Assembly (NCBI GenBank): GCA_040954595.2
Contig: CM082593.2
Coordinates: 5,287,434 to 5,351,433 of the forward strand
Origin: Balanoglossus misakiensis
Taxonomy: Eukaryota; Animalia; Hemichordata
Length of the DNA: 64,000 nt
Reading direction: 5' to 3'
Shown piece by piece: positions 38,439-53,400 of the stretch. The first letter of the stretch is position 1, and each line of letters begins with the position of its first letter. The notes under the pieces were generated by a model. The model had not been told where the DNA came from, searched no databases, and saw only the letters and a list, made by a program, of their open reading frames with translations. A program made the position numbers and the translations under genes.

Positions 38439-41400
38439 CTAAAACCTATCAGCTATGCTGACGCATACGACACGCAGTTGTTGAAAAGCATCGACGCTCT
38501 GCCGCGCACAATCTGAACTGATGTGAAAAGATGGGCTTTCATTGCTCGCGTATGTGGGAACATAAACACTTCCATAAGAAATAGTCAATTTCACTTGAGA
38601 AATGACGGTACATGATAGTACTTTGACAGTCAGGTAATTGATGATGTACATGAAAGTCATACTAAGTTCGCATTATTAACGGCAACCTACATGTCTGAGA
38701 TTTGTTCTCAAAATGGCGGACATATGGTTGTGTTTATTCAACGTTCCTTGTAAAATTTTCAAGGAATAACAGTCTCCCACGGTATATCGGAAGAGAGATA
38801 CTGTTTTGGGCTCTGGAGGATTGTAATTTTACATAATGCAATCCCTTCCCGCGGCCAGATGCAAAGGGAGACAAGAGAGCTGACGTCACCGTGAGGATTA
38901 ACTCATCTGCACGTGGAGATATGACTGTTTATTACCGCGTTTGACGTCTGTGATTCCCTACGTACTTAATGTTTGGATTTCGGAAAATCGATTTTACCGT
39001 TACCCTGTAAGTACCATTATACTCGGAAAAGTTAATAAAAAGTACATTTACTGTAAATTCAGCTTGTTAATATTTGGGAATTTCTAAACCACTTTTTCTG
39101 ACGTAACATCGTGTGTGACAACACGTGTCACGGTCTGATTGCGTAAAATCTTCACAAAAAAACAATGGCGTCGTCAGATATTAATAATACACATTGGAGT
39201 ACTTGCATAGTTGCGTAGAACAGAGGGTTACTTAGTTTCTCTCGATTCAGTGTTCAAGTCCACAACAACCATATCAAGACAACTGACGTCCTCTCCGTGT
39301 CCCAAGTGAAACCTTTGCAAGCAGTGGTTAACGGACTGTTAAATGTCACACACGTATATGCAGGGGCGTTGGCGAACATGTGAAGAATACAGAGTATTAA
39401 CAAAACAGTGGCCTGGGATAAAAAAAATACGTTATTTATTCTGACTCGAGCTCCTACTATCACAAAGAGAAAAAAACGTCACTCTTTTTCCTGTGCGGCG
39501 TCTCTTAAATTATTTACCAAAACGGGATTATTATGAATTATGGCATTGCCATGTTATGTCAAATTATAATACAAACATCGAACAGTTCTATACACCTGCT
39601 TTCTGCCATTTTTTGCGTGTCTCGAATATTCCTGATTGAGTTCAAAGACCCTTGCCTATTAATCCTCAAAGACCCTTTTTCGCGTTCTGCATGAAGCGTT
39701 CGGATGAATTGCAATCAAATCTGAGTTTTTAACTTAAAAGGCATTTCGATCTCTGATATTAATGACGGTTATACGCAGATTGTTTTGTTTTCTGAGCACG
39801 TTGCTTAAGTGTCCCGAAAGATCAATTATTCCACAGCTATATGCCGTGTCTAGCGACTATCAACTTCTGAAACTGGGTTTTAGCATACAGTTAATAATTT
39901 ACTGAAATGTGATATTATTTACCTCGAAGGACACGTTGAGAAATTACCATAGCAACTGGTACCCAAGTCAATGAAAACAAGTTACGAACATATACATATT
40001 TTTCTCCTCCTGCTGCTGCTGTCGAACTCCTCAAACAAATGTTGAAAACGTATCTTACAGGAGCAATGAACCCACGACTGTTTGCAAATGGCATGTCTTT
40101 TTGTTGCACCTTAGATATAGCGGTGTGATGAAAATGCCATTAGCCCAGCCTGCCTCCCATGAAGTGTGTTGTTGTAAATTGTGCCGAAAATTGTGATTGT
40201 TGCCATTTCGAAATCTTCAAAGTGCTTCCACTAAGTGAAGGCATGTGAAGAAAGATATAAATGGACCGAATGTATCCTAAATTCTTGTAGGCAGTAAAAT
40301 TACCCAATTCCTGTTATTCGGTCAATTACACCCTTATTTCTTCCAATAATTAATGGGCGGTGTATTTTGATTTGTGATTTGTGACAAATTCTTCACTCTT
40401 GGCTCGCCGGTTTGCACGCCACCAACGGCTGCATATTGTAACCCGTCTTCGTGTATTAGACGGCAAAGCTCACGGGTATCGATATGAGTGCCAATACAGT
40501 ACATGCATTATTCTTAAGTCTATCTTTAAGTTTAACATGCATTCTTGCTTGTGTTCAATCACCCTCCCCGACCGCCTTTTAAGGTTAACAGAAACACTCT
40601 GACATGCTTGACGAATCTACCCTGTACATTAGTGACGCCACGTTGTCGAAAAAATGCACTATCTTGATGTTGTCAGGGATCGTCTGCTGGATAATACAGT
40701 TGGGTGTCAGTATTACAATGGCGCGCGCGAGCATCTGCTCAGATGTGTTGGATGAATACTGAGCTGGACATCGATTGTCGTTGTGGCCCGTCGTAAGAAA
40801 TCAAGGCCTCCATCACATCAATTACTGGGTCTGCCTTTCCTAAATTTTCAATTAGATGGACCGATATTATTAAAAGCGTCCCACTGCATACGTTTGCCAA
40901 ATTAGATCCATAATTTCAACGGTTTAAACAATGTCACAGTCAGAGAGCGATCTGAGTATAGTGTCTTTTATCTGTGATTTGCATGTGTTGTTGTCTACTG
41001 ATGTTTACGACCATACTATTATTTTTTTCAAAATAAATTGTATGTCAACACAAAACATACGGACATCTGTCATGATTTATTGTTAGTTTTCCCAAAGTGA
41101 TGACGTCAACCGTTTCTTTTGTTCTACATGTTGGCCACGGAAAGTTATTTTCGGCAGCACCATATGCACCACGCTACTTCTAAAATGATAAACATGGCTA
41201 GATAACCTTTAGGGCTTCATGGATGGTACAAGTAAATTAATTTGATCGTCGAGGTTGTGGTACTTCACCCTGTGGAATTTATATAATTAAAGTGATTGAA
41301 TGAGCAAAGTCTCTTTATTTGTTCACGTTAATTTGGTGGATTTTCCGTCCTTGATAAGATGACTGATTCTTTGCTTACGGAAATCCACGTGGCTCTATTG

Positions 41401-43337
41401 ACATACTTACAAATGTACACGGCACAATTTCTTATATTGACCAAAACGAAGTTCGCGAGTTAAGTTATTCCTTTAGGAGAGCTAAAAAATGCTATAAGAT
41501 AATCACTTGAGCGAGAAAACCGGTTTAATCGAGTATAATGTATTATTTGTTAACTAACACGCATTTCAAGGTCTCTGCCAATCGAACAAGATGCTATTCT
41601 TTTTAGACAGACAGCAAACGGTCATTCGATACAACTTTGTCGCGTTCAAATGCAAATTGTAATTTTACCACGGACATTCTGTATTGGGACAAGGCGGATG
41701 GTGAAATGATGCCCTGGTTGGCTTTGAGAGCTGTGTGATATATATCTTCCGTCCACTCACGCAGGTATTCACTTGATTACGTGTAATACTGAACCCACAA
41801 GCAATCCAGGTGTACTGTTACGTATAGATCTCAAGGACATCTAATGGCATCTTTTTATAAAATTGATTAGTAGTTTCACTTATCATGTAATTAAATCAAA
41901 ATTTATTTGCGGTACGTGAAGGACCAATTAATCAGACTCATGCCATAAGTTTGAGGTTAAAAGCTGCTGTAAATTTCACTTGATCTTTGCTTCGGTCTTA
42001 ATTAATTATATTCTTAGCTACAGATGGACATTTACCTTGTCACGAAGCGCGATGAATACGCACGTGCACACACACATGATTTGTCGGCAAAGTGTTATCT
42101 AATACGTCCCTTTTGGTTTACACTTTTTTAAAAGTGCGTAAATCTTGCCCTATGCATTTTCCTCGTATATGTTATAGAGATATATTGAAAAAAACGGGAG
42201 TTTTAAAATCAGTCTATTTTGATCATCGGTTGATGCAGGGTTAATTTCTCCCTCCCCCCCCCCCCCCCCGCTCGATAAAATTGTTTCAAATACGTATGAC
42301 GGGAAATGGAATGATGTATACGGAATATATGAAATATAAGATATGCAGTTTTACTGCGCTGTTTACTCTGGAGAACATATGCACCGACGATATATTTCTC
42401 TAGTCCAATATTTATCCCAACAAAACCACATGTTCGTTTTGTTTACTGAAGTGTATGATTTTGGGAGTGCTTTGTGCAATATCATGCTTGAAAATCCTAA
42501 ATGGCCAGCAACAGTGTTCCTCCCCGCGGAAGAGATGTGACATCAGAAATCATGGGACGGAATCTGGGTCGTGGTAAATGTCGACTCTAATGTTCTCTTT
42601 GACATCGATAACTATTCATACGGTCCGAATAATATCTTGTTACAAGAAACATAAGCCAACCTCAAAATACAGGACTTGAATAAATATTTGCTGCAATCCT
42701 GATATAGGCCTATTCCTCAATATTGTAAGATTTATAGGAGCTTGCCATTTGCAGTAGAAAAGGACCGTGTGGTGAGCCTACGGATTCGCTTAATGAAACT
42801 GGTAATATAAACATGGGTATATTAAAGGTAGCAATAAAAGAGACTGATGAAAGAGCGTTCCCATATGGTATGAGGATTTACAACTGTTACTCACGAGTGT
42901 ACGAAGAATATACAGATTTGGAATCATGATTCATATCCGGCAAAGTAGGTTGATGCAAACCTGTGCCATGTTTTTTGTTTGTATGGCGGCGGCACCTTTT
43001 AAACTTAAACCATGTATTTAGGGATTTGCGCATCATAGAAGGGTTGCTCCAAAGGCGGTCGAATAGAATGCTAGACCGGGGAGTCCTCTATGGCCAATCA
43101 GTGTATTGTCGCGTGTTTTCATTGCGCGTGCTAAAAGCAGTGCCACTTAGCCTAGAGGGGATTTTATGTTGAATTTATGCTCCTTTTGGAACAGGTTAGA
43201 TTTGCCCTTGAAATTTAAGAGTCCTCGCGGGCAATTAACAAAGCCGTGCTGACATGTAATAAGCCTATACACTATGCCCAAGACTTGAAACCATTGATTC
43301 AGCGATAGAAGTGGGTCGTGGACTATGCACTACACAT

Positions 43338-43623
43338 ATATGATTACAAGTATTAGTACATGATTAGTATTCCATTAAGAAGATGAACTTGTATATCAGC
43401 TGATCACACACTGTGGACATCATAATTTCACCGGGCACTCAAAGTATTGAAACTGGTATTAGTGAATCGTAAACACGTGTAACAAATTGATAAATAAGAC
43501 CACTAATGCGATTTATATATATTCTGCGCTGATATGATTACAAGTATTAGTAAATTTACTAGTATTCCATTAAGAAGATGAACCTGTTTTATCAGCTGAT
43601 CACACACTGCGGACATCATAATT
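43338..43623. repeat. Local direct repeat of ~90 bp (43338-43427 and 43532-43623)
   Basis: ATATGATTACAAGTATTAGTA...TAGTATTCCATTAAGAAGATGAAC...TATCAGCTGATCACACACTG.GGACATCATAATT occurs twice, 194 bp apart. Confidence 0.88.
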
Positions 43624-45142
43624 GCTTTGTGGGGCGGTACAGAACAGAATCTCTCGCATATACCTGCTGTAATGGATTTGATCCGTCCTTCTCTTCGATG
43701 GCGTGCAATGCATATGGTTTATGTATCGACGGACATTTCAGGCAGCTTGACGTTCAGTGGTTATAGCGTTTTATGAATATAAAGCTAAGACAATTTAGGA
43801 GATGAGCATTTAGAGATAAAGACGGTTGTCTATTTCTGATATCTGCATTTGATTCACGTGCCTAGAAGCACGTCGTAGCGCGAGTTCTATTTTTTCTCGG
43901 GTGTGCGAAAACACCTGAATTCGATCGTGAGTTTTGTCAGGTCGAATCGATATGCAACTTGTCTTTTCGGTTAACAGGCCCCGCTGTTGCCACGCATTTT
44001 CCATGTAGGATGTATGAATACGTAATTATGATAGGTGTTTGTGACTCGACTGGGTGTCTTTATCTGATGGTGCTTGGACCACGTGGACAGGATGATGAAC
44101 AGCCTGAATGGCGCATAGCTATATTCCTACTGAGTTAAACAACACAACCGACTGGAAGCTGAAATGAGTTTCGACCCGAGGATGCGCGTATAGTGAATAT
44201 ATCACGAGATCGTTGCATGTCAATGTGAGATAAACATAATTGAAAATACCACTATAGTCACCAAATGCTGAACCCGCCCGTACGTGCATTTTCCCCGTTT
44301 AAGTGCTGACCATGTAAACGCCTACAAGTAAACTATGATCCTATATTTGTGAGTTCAGATACCTTTTCGGGGGTTAAAAGTGATGAAATATGCCGAGGTT
44401 ATGATCACAGCGTTATCTGAAAAGTTGTCAAAAGTTGTGTACTCTCCTAAGTTTATTGGAATTACTTTCGGTTGGGAATTTTAACGTTAACGGGTGCCGT
44501 ATTTGTATGACAGCTTTTACAATTAAGATGAAATTTTTGAACGAAATTTTGACATCTGGGTACGGTTTTCTAAATTTCTCTATAAAGGACGACGCAGTAA
44601 AATATTTCATATTATTTTTGTTTGAATGGACTTGTTTGTACTCTTTGTTGAGACATGTTTGCTGTTGCTATTCCCGTCGCTTGTTGCTTTTGTGTGATAT
44701 GATATTAAGGTATGTCAAAAAAATAAAATGACAATCTTAAATCGGGGAAAAATGACAGCGACAGGTAACTTATTACGAATCGTTCAGCGTGCGTCAATTC
44801 GTAGGTTATTCGTAATAATTGCCGACATGACATCATGAACTGTCTCATCTGTATGCAGACTTTGCACATCACACATCTAGCCGGGCATGCAAATTTCCTG
44901 TCTGTAGAAGCAACATCATCAGATTGACTGTGTAACCTTCATTTCCGATCAATTTAATATCACATTTTTTTCAGATATCTGGTTCTGGGATAACTTAAAG
45001 GTCAAAAATCGTGCCCAAAATGCGTCGTAGTCGTTCAGCTAACTCAAAATTACTGTTTTACATTGTTGTTTTTGATACAGACATACTGCTAACATATGTC
45101 CCGTAAATTATATGTCGTCGTCTATTTTTATCATCAGGTCTG

Positions 45143-45393
45143 ACAAAATGAATTAAAGTTATGTAGCAGTCTGAGATCAACAGTTGAAATTACAGCATGA
45201 GCTTTCGGGAACATGTAGTCCCCTTCATCAGATGCACTCGTGGAATGAACAGAGAAACAGAGAATCATGGGGTATTCAAAGTAGAATATATGTGCAGGAC
45301 CAGGTGCATCAGAAAACAAAAGAAGGGTTGGGTGTGAAAATTGAACAATGGAAATGTTAATGGAAATGCACATTTGTAAATGGGGTAGTGGAC
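45143..45393 (+). mobile_element. ~250-bp interspersed repeat, copy 1 (unclassified)
   Basis: Near-identical to 50898-51148 (ATGAATTAAAGTTATGTAGCA...TGTAAATGGGGTAGTGGAC), with scattered substitutions only. Confidence 0.8.
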
Positions 45394-48300
45394 ATGTGGA
45401 TAATGCTAGTAATCAAGCGATGGCGAGTGGGACAAAAATTATTACACATCAAAGTTTTCATTCCTACCTTCAAGGGGTGTTGGCGGAGGGTAGGAGACCG
45501 GGGGAAATGAGCTGTCTCAACAGTGCCGAGGTGGATATTAGCCGTCGTTGATATCGGTCAAACACGTTCAACTTGCGGACGCTTCTATGTCTCTGTACAG
45601 TCGCCACTGTATTTGCCGCTGGCGGGATATAACGCTGCGATCAGGACGAGTTCCATCGATGTAATTGACGGGATTTCCTCTACATTTAAGCCATCTGTGG
45701 TATTGGGGCGCATGCGCGAGTTTGAATTGGCGGTTTTGTTATGCTTGGGGATTCATGAATATACATGCGCTGTCAATTTATGCAAAAGCGCAAGAGGCAT
45801 GTACTGTAACAAAGGCGGGGACATAAAATGTGAATAAACGTCCACATTGCACGGAAAACACGAAAGACAAGCGTTTGTTTCTGCTCGTCAACAGCTTACC
45901 GATCAAGTCAAGGAATCTAATTCGCATATAATTGACAAGTCAGTCGGCATTTTGTGCAATGATTGGCTGATTCATTCAACCTTCTCTTATCTTTGAAGTC
46001 TTGTGTCACACGCGGTATGCCATGCGTGAACGAGTGAAACGAAAGCAATTTTGTGCTGAATTGCATTCATTGGAAAAATTGTGCAAGTATAAATAAAGTC
46101 ATTGGAAAATTTTTGCAAATTAAACATTTTCGGTTTTGTGGAAAATTACAACTTGCAGGCATTCGACCTTTTATTATTATAAAAGGGGCAATTAAGAGGT
46201 GAGAAATGTCAAGTACAACTGAAAGACGTCAACGCAACGTTGCGCGAATTTTGCGTCATTGGAGCGGCACTGATTGTCACGAGGGGAAAGTCACGACATC
46301 CACACCTTACCTTGAAGGAGGTGTTTCCTTTTCAAAAGGAAAGCGCTTTCGCTTGGTCAACCTGTATTATACCGTGTTTTTTAGGATTTACCTAAGAAAA
46401 TTGCCCGTAAACACAAAGGTAAATTAAACTGTCTACTACACTGGTAGCGTATTATTCTTGTTTAGACTGAGAATGAAAATCGACTGTCCCGCGCAGAGTT
46501 TAGAATTAGAAAGCTAAATTGTCTACCATTTGAAATTCAATATGGCCGCCAAACTCCGCGTTCTTTCCATGAACAAGTATCGGTTTCTATGAAAACAAGA
46601 TGATAACATCCTTGCATGGTTTCTTGAGCATGCGCACGTGATTACATTGGAGCAAACAGGGAGAAGGCGAAAGTAAAGGGAACATTTGCGCGGGAATTGA
46701 TTGAAGGTTAGGTAAAACTTTGTATTATAATATGTGGCGCGTCCTCCGGATTCGACAACATCACGCGCGCTGTTCAATCGGTCTCACACGTCAGATAACC
46801 GGTTCCCGTTGCTTTTTTTTGACGTGTATGAAAATGACAAATTAATCAGTCTGAATGAGCATAGGAAATAAATGCATGTCACCCACATTATAAAATGAAG
46901 TGGGGACCAACTTGAAGGAGCATGTTCCTGCGTCACAAATTATCCTGAAGGGAAAATTGCTAATAAGGTGTGAAAGGCGTCTATTTTAGTACGTCTTCCT
47001 CCATTGAGACGGCTGCGTTTTGAGCGTAGGCGGCGCTCCCAAGGACGGAAACTACTTTTCAAAAGGCAGGATGATCAAAAACATTTTAGTCTCGTTAGAT
47101 ACCACTAAACCTTCTGGACCCCATTGTAAGGAAAAATCTCAGTCATAAGCTACAAGACAGCCGGGCTCTGAAAAAGTACACGGAAGTCAAACTTTTACTC
47201 TGAATTCATAATAATTTAATAATAATTTAATTTGCCATTTTGGAAAAGTATTTAGCTTTCTCAGATATCTTATTTCGCACACTCCAGCCATGCATTATCA
47301 TTTCGGCGCTCATCGGCGCGCCGGCCTGGACGATCTCATATCGGAGCAAATTATCGAGAGAGAGAAAAACATTAGAGATGGGTGTCTAACCACCTCGAGA
47401 ATTTAGCACGCTTGACGACACGGGCTTCGCGAAAACCCGAATTTCTGTTAAACTTGATTGAACACATTCGTGATGGAAATCAGTGTTTTAGCTGTGAGGA
47501 TGTAATACCCCGCTGATTATATGTGACCGTATCGCGCAAGACACCTGGACAATGACCCCCGCTGACTCGTGGGTTTCTCCCGTGTTCATTTACCCTGCGT
47601 GGCATTAATCTAATCTGGCTTATATATTAAGGGATTCTTCAAGAAGGAGTCAATTTCAAGGCTCCAATCTTTTTTTTAATTATCTTCATGTGATACTACA
47701 GCTTCCCATCCCGGAGTCCCCTTTCACATTCGCGTTCGGCAGAAGAAAAAAATGATTTACAGGATTTGGGTCAGTCTGACTTTGCAGTATTCACTTCGCA
47801 GATTAGATGGTGAATAGACACCTTTTGCTCGACTTCAGCGGTCGTGGCGACTCGTGCATTATTAAAGTTTCGGCACTTTTGACAGATTTATCAATATGCC
47901 ACGAGGCAATAATTGATATCCAAACCAGCAAGACAGTTTGCATGTTGTAGGTTGTGAACCCATACTAAAAGTGTTCTGTAATTGTCTATGTTTACCCGGG
48001 GTGTTTTCTTCAGTAACTTCATCTCGGATCAATGTTAATACCTCACGTGGTAAATGTATTATATTTTATTAAAATGGGATAATCTTATTTGCATACTGGT
48101 CGCTCAAATCGATTATTCAAGAACAAATGATCGGTGTATTTATTATACTGGTATTCTGCATCGTAATGTTCTTCTGCTACTACGAAATAAGTTCTATCAA
48201 CATTTGCATTGCATTATTTGAGTGTAACTTAGTTTAATGTAAGAAAGGGTTTGCTTACATACGTCCAACGTTGGAGGCGCTCTTGGCGATGTCTTTTGTT

Positions 48301-49973
48301 GGCCTGCACGATCGGGACGCCACCATTTTGAAATATCTACGGGAGAACACATACCATTAAAAGAAGCTTGGCTATTGAGGGAGGAGAGTCCCACTAGGGG
48401 AAAACAATTGCATATGTAAAGCACATGTACATGTATAAAATAGAGAAGACACGAGATTTCGTAGTAGCTAGTAGGTCTATGAGGTCTCTTACCGTGTGTT
48501 GACAGGTGCATTGACAGCGGAACCGCATTAAACCTGTTCTACATTCTTGTCAGTACGAAAACATCAGCTGCACACGCTAAAATAGGACGCATTCTGCACC
48601 GGTTCCATGCAAATTAAGGCCACATCAGATATCGTGACAAGAAGGGACAGTATTGCATGGTGGCACGCGACAATCACCATTCAGCGTACGTGCTGTATGA
48701 ATGTCGAAATTGCGTGATAAATTCGGCCAACCGCAGAGAGAGAGAGTCAAACTGTATTTCACCTGAATGTCACTCACTGTATTTTTACCTTCTCCGATCT
48801 TCGGTTGAGTCTCCGCTTGTCTAAAGTCGTGACATGACATGCACTGATGTCCGCCATCTTTGTCAGCTGTCAGCAAAACGTGAGAATGTTGTTGGTTTCT
48901 TTACTCCAGTACTCTGACACCTGCATTGGAGTTGGGTGACATTCGTCCAACGCAGTACATGTAATCGGTACTGCGGGGGGAAACGTGACATCTTCTCAGT
49001 AAACCTAGCCACTGACTGAAAAATATTGTCCTGGGGATATTTTTATGATGTGCAAAATATGTAAAGTAACCATTTAGGGGCAATTTCTGTCAGTTTGGTA
49101 AAAAAGAAAAGAAAACCCTACTTTTCAAAAACTGTCGATTGAAGTTTGATGACTCGATAAAAGCTAGTACAGAACAGACTTGTAACTATCAATAGTTGTA
49201 TATTATTTTACCCATCATAAATTCTTTTTTATTTCCACAAATTGATTTAACCGATATGAGAAGAGATTATAAGTGACCTTGATATACTTAGAATTGAGCA
49301 ACTAATATTGGGTGCTGATAAAAAGAATGGGTCTGGTATGAACTACTGTTCTATGCACGGCTGGTAAAAAGTTAAAATATGATCCAACCGGTGTGTCAAC
49401 ATGCTCGTCTTTGCGTTGTTGACTACACAGCTGTGCCAGCAACCGTTGGAAATGTGTGTCTTCAAAGGAGGTCAGATAAGTGCTTACATCCATAGAAAAT
49501 ATGTCAATAGATCCATTATCCCTGATAAGCTTAATTTCCCATTAAAGTTTCATCAAGGTCACATTTTACAAAGGAACTTCAATACGATTTTCTTGATCCA
49601 TTATACTTCAGTAATGTACAGTGAGATCATATGATTAAATATATCATTCTTAACGTTGAGAATATTTTCAAAGTGCGCCTTCATTATGATTTTGACAATA
49701 TATCGAAGTACATGTACGCACGTTTAGCCATGGTCAGTCCAGGGTACTAGTATAATACCCATTGAATCGGGCGGTGAGCGATTCACCGTTAGCGTTATCA
49801 CTAACTCTGTGGGAATAAACGCACCTCTCCAACAGGTGGTTTAAATTTATGAGGTTTTACTGTAGGTTGAATAAAGGGATGTGTGTTCGGACACATTGTC
49901 CAACACATACTGCTCTGTCTCACCACATCGCGGTGCCCACTCTCCTCAGTCAAGTCTAGGGTTGCAGTCTACG

Positions 49974-50069
49974 ATGAAGGTCCTTGTCGCTCTGGGACTA
50001 TTCGCCCTTTTCACGACAGCGAGCTGTCGCCGAACTGCTGAAGAATGGAAAGACAGAGTCATCTACCAG
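49974..50069 (+). CDS. alpha-amylase exon 1 (signal peptide)
   Basis: MKVLVALGLFALFTTASCRRTAEEWKDRVIYQ|gtaaac. Confidence 0.9.
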
Positions 50070-50402
50070 GTAAACAAAAACACGGTCAATCGCATTCTTA
50101 TGACAGACCCTTAACACGTTTTTCTGTTTGGAATTGAAAAAAAAAGGAAAATTGTTCGACAATCTACGAAAATTTAATTCTGTTGACCATGTTCTACTTT
50201 TTGTCAGATTTTGACGGATAGATTTGCCGCACCGGGTTCCAGTACCTGGATTCCATGCGGTGATTTGACCGGCTACTGCAATGGAAATTTCCAGGGTGTA
50301 GTCGAACAGCTAGACTACATTGCAGGTGAGACAGACATACACAGACATATCTACAGACAGACAGACAGACAGACAGACAGGCAGGCAGGCAGGCAGGCAG
50401 GC

Positions 50403-50447
<45 letters not shown>

Positions 50448-53400
50448 TGGCGACGGAGACAGTCGGATGAAAACATCAAGTACACGAAAATGAAAATCGC
50501 CGTTAAAAGTATAGTTGCAACACCGCAGGACACTGGTATCTTATCAATATGTTTAACCGCCTAACGGACTTTACGCTTTATGATATTGTTTTCAAAAGAT
50601 GTTTTGATAACATAAAGTACACGACCTACAAATGAAGAATTGTGCTATCTCATTTTTTTCTCCGATAGGAATGGGGTTCAATGCTATTTGGATATCACCT
50701 TTACCCGAACACACCGAAGGCGATTACCATGGTTACTCGGCAATAGATTTTTACAAAATCAGTTGGCACTGGGGAACAGACAAAGATTTTAATGATCTTA
50801 TTGCCGCTGCCCATGCGAGAGATATATGGATTATGGTTGACGTGTAAGTTTTTCCTTACTTGAATCACGTCGGAGTATTGCCGTGTTGATCTTCGGTACA
50901 ATATGAATTAAAGTTATGTAGCACTCTTTGATCAACAGTTGAAATTACCGCATGAGCTTTCGGGAACATGTAGTCCCCTTCTTCAGATGCACTCGTGGAA
51001 TGAACAGAGAAACAGAGAATCATGGGGTATTCAAAGTAGAAAATATGTGCAGGACCAGTTGCATCAGAAAACAAAAGAAGGGGTGGGTGTGAAAATTGAA
51101 CAATTGAAATGTTAATGGGAATGCAAATGTGTAAATGGGGTAGTGGACTGCAGAAAACTGACAGTTATTTGTACTTGAGAACGCCATCTACCGCCGTGTC
51201 TTTTGTTTATATCGTTTACTTTTCCACAGGGTAGCCAACCACATGGGCATCGGTGACATTGCAACATACAACCCGTTCAACCTGCAGGAGCATTATCACG
51301 AGTATTGTGACATCACAGACTGGAATGATTCGTGGCAGGTAAGAAAGTCCGACGGTGACTTGTATTTCGATATGCCCATTCTGTACATTGAAATCTCGAG
51401 GAAATCTACCACGAATTCCAGACTGTCGAGTCCACCAACAGGACAAAATTTTGCACGTCATTGATCGCGCCCATTTTTCCTTCTTTGTGTACAATAATAT
51501 CGAACTAAGTTTCGGCCAAAAAAAACAGCTTCGAAAACGTCGCTATTTCAACATCACTTACAACGTATAAGTAACGGTGTTTACCACTAGACGTGACGTC
51601 ACTGATTATCACCGAATGCGACTGCCTTGATACTTATACCCTGATAATTACGCTGCAAATATGTCCTCAACAACGCTCGCCTCTATCTTGCAGGTGGAGA
51701 ACTGCTGGCTATTCGGTCTCCCCGACTTGATGCAGGAAAACGCGTATGTAGACACTGAGCTGTGTGCTTGGATATCGTGGTTGTTGACCACATACGACAT
51801 TGACGGTTTGAGAATCGACACTGTGTCGCACGTAAGTATATGACAATCTCACATCATGATATAATTTATCTCTTGCCCAACTGCAGCTACTGGCTGTTTT
51901 TCTTCGAGTTTCAATATTAAAACAACTGAGACTAAAACTGGTGTGGTGTATCCCATACCAAGGTACCTAAATGGTTCTGGGAGAATTTCATGGCAGCAGC
52001 CAATATCTACGAAGTGGGGGAAGTGTACACAAGCGACCTCAACAAGATCAATTACTACATTCCACCCATGGACGCCGCTTTGAACTACCCGTTCTACTGG
52101 ACAATGAAGGATGTCCTTATTTGGGGCAAGAGTATGCGTGACCTGGCAAACAAATACCATGAAATGGTGAGAATGCTTTGTTAATCACACATCGTCAAGT
52201 CACACACGTGCAGCCGATTTACTTGTGGGGTTTACCACCGGCGAATGTATACATGTACACGAGATAATAAAAGTAGTCCCGTCGTGAGTGTACACATGTA
52301 TATATATGCGAATAATGTAGTCCCGTCTTGGACGCGGTTTTTGCGGTACAGCACGGCATTTTCAGTCATTAGGCCTATGAGACGAAGACTTAATACATAC
52401 TGTCACCCGCCTCCGGAAAGATGTAATTGTACCGACCCCTGATCGTTTTCAGAAAGCAATGTTTGGCGCCGGCATGCACCTGATGGGTTCGTTCGCAGAC
52501 AACCATGACCAGGCCAGATTTTTGTGCGACAGAGACTCTTGGACGCTGTTGAAGAATTACATCATGTTGGTGCTGACAATGGAGGTAAATCGATTTCTAC
52601 ATTTCAACAGCACAAGGTGATAATCATTTTTGCGGGGCGTAGATACATCTGTCTGTCGCTTTCTGTGTTAGACTTGTATGTGCAATGAAATATTCCAATG
52701 ACGTAACGTTTTTGTTGTTTTGTTGATAGGGTATCCCTATTGTATACTACGGCACAGAGCAAGGCTACAGTGGCTGTGCCGACCCGGCCAACAGAGAGTC
52801 GTTGTATCCAAATTACGACACGAATCACCACCTCTATTGGGTAAGTAGCATGCCATCTTCGGTGACTGACAAGTACGTTTTTGTACGACACGGTATATGT
52901 AGGTGGATGGGCGGACGGACATGGATTGTCACATGCACCACGTTGTTTCACTATTCTACAGGCATCTAATTAAGCGTACGACTTCTTTGTATCTTTCTGC
53001 TTCCAGTTTACTGCTACGACCAATTATTGGCGCGGCGTGCTTGGTACTTCCTTTACCAGTGCCGACCAAATTGAAAGATGGATTGACGACGATTTCTACT
53101 CTTACACAAGACACGATGTAAGTTCTATTCTTATCTGGTAACGTTAAACGTGAGTTTCAGATTAAGGACTATGAATATTGTCTCCAACTCATGACATCAC
53201 CCTCAGTACCTTGGTGACACTTGCGCAGAATAGTTACAGGTGAACCAAGGAGATTACTTAGACAATTTGCAATGACACGTGTCGTTTGGTAAATGATAAA
53301 CTATCAGTAGGATATACATGTATTTCGTGGTAGATACATAATGAGTGATTTCATCTTTAGGCCATGATGTGCGCCACCAAAGTTGGAGACTTGGGGAGCT

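Noticed and set aside
45134-45373. Paralogous small ORFs (45134-45373 and 50865-51074)
   Set aside because: The similarity reflects the duplicated 250-bp repeat; starts and stops are not conserved.
48176-48468. 13-bp inverted repeat GCTACTACGAAAT/ATTTCGTAGTAGC as MITE ends
   Set aside because: Short, with no target-site duplication and no second copy; compatible with chance.
33784-49634. Numerous 60-105 aa ORFs between the GPCR and the amylase
   Set aside because: No recognisable domains or consistent exon structure; treated as intergenic or repeat-derived.
50194-50564. ORFs with CLSV/RQTD repeats
   Set aside because: Read-through into the intronic (ACAG)n microsatellite.
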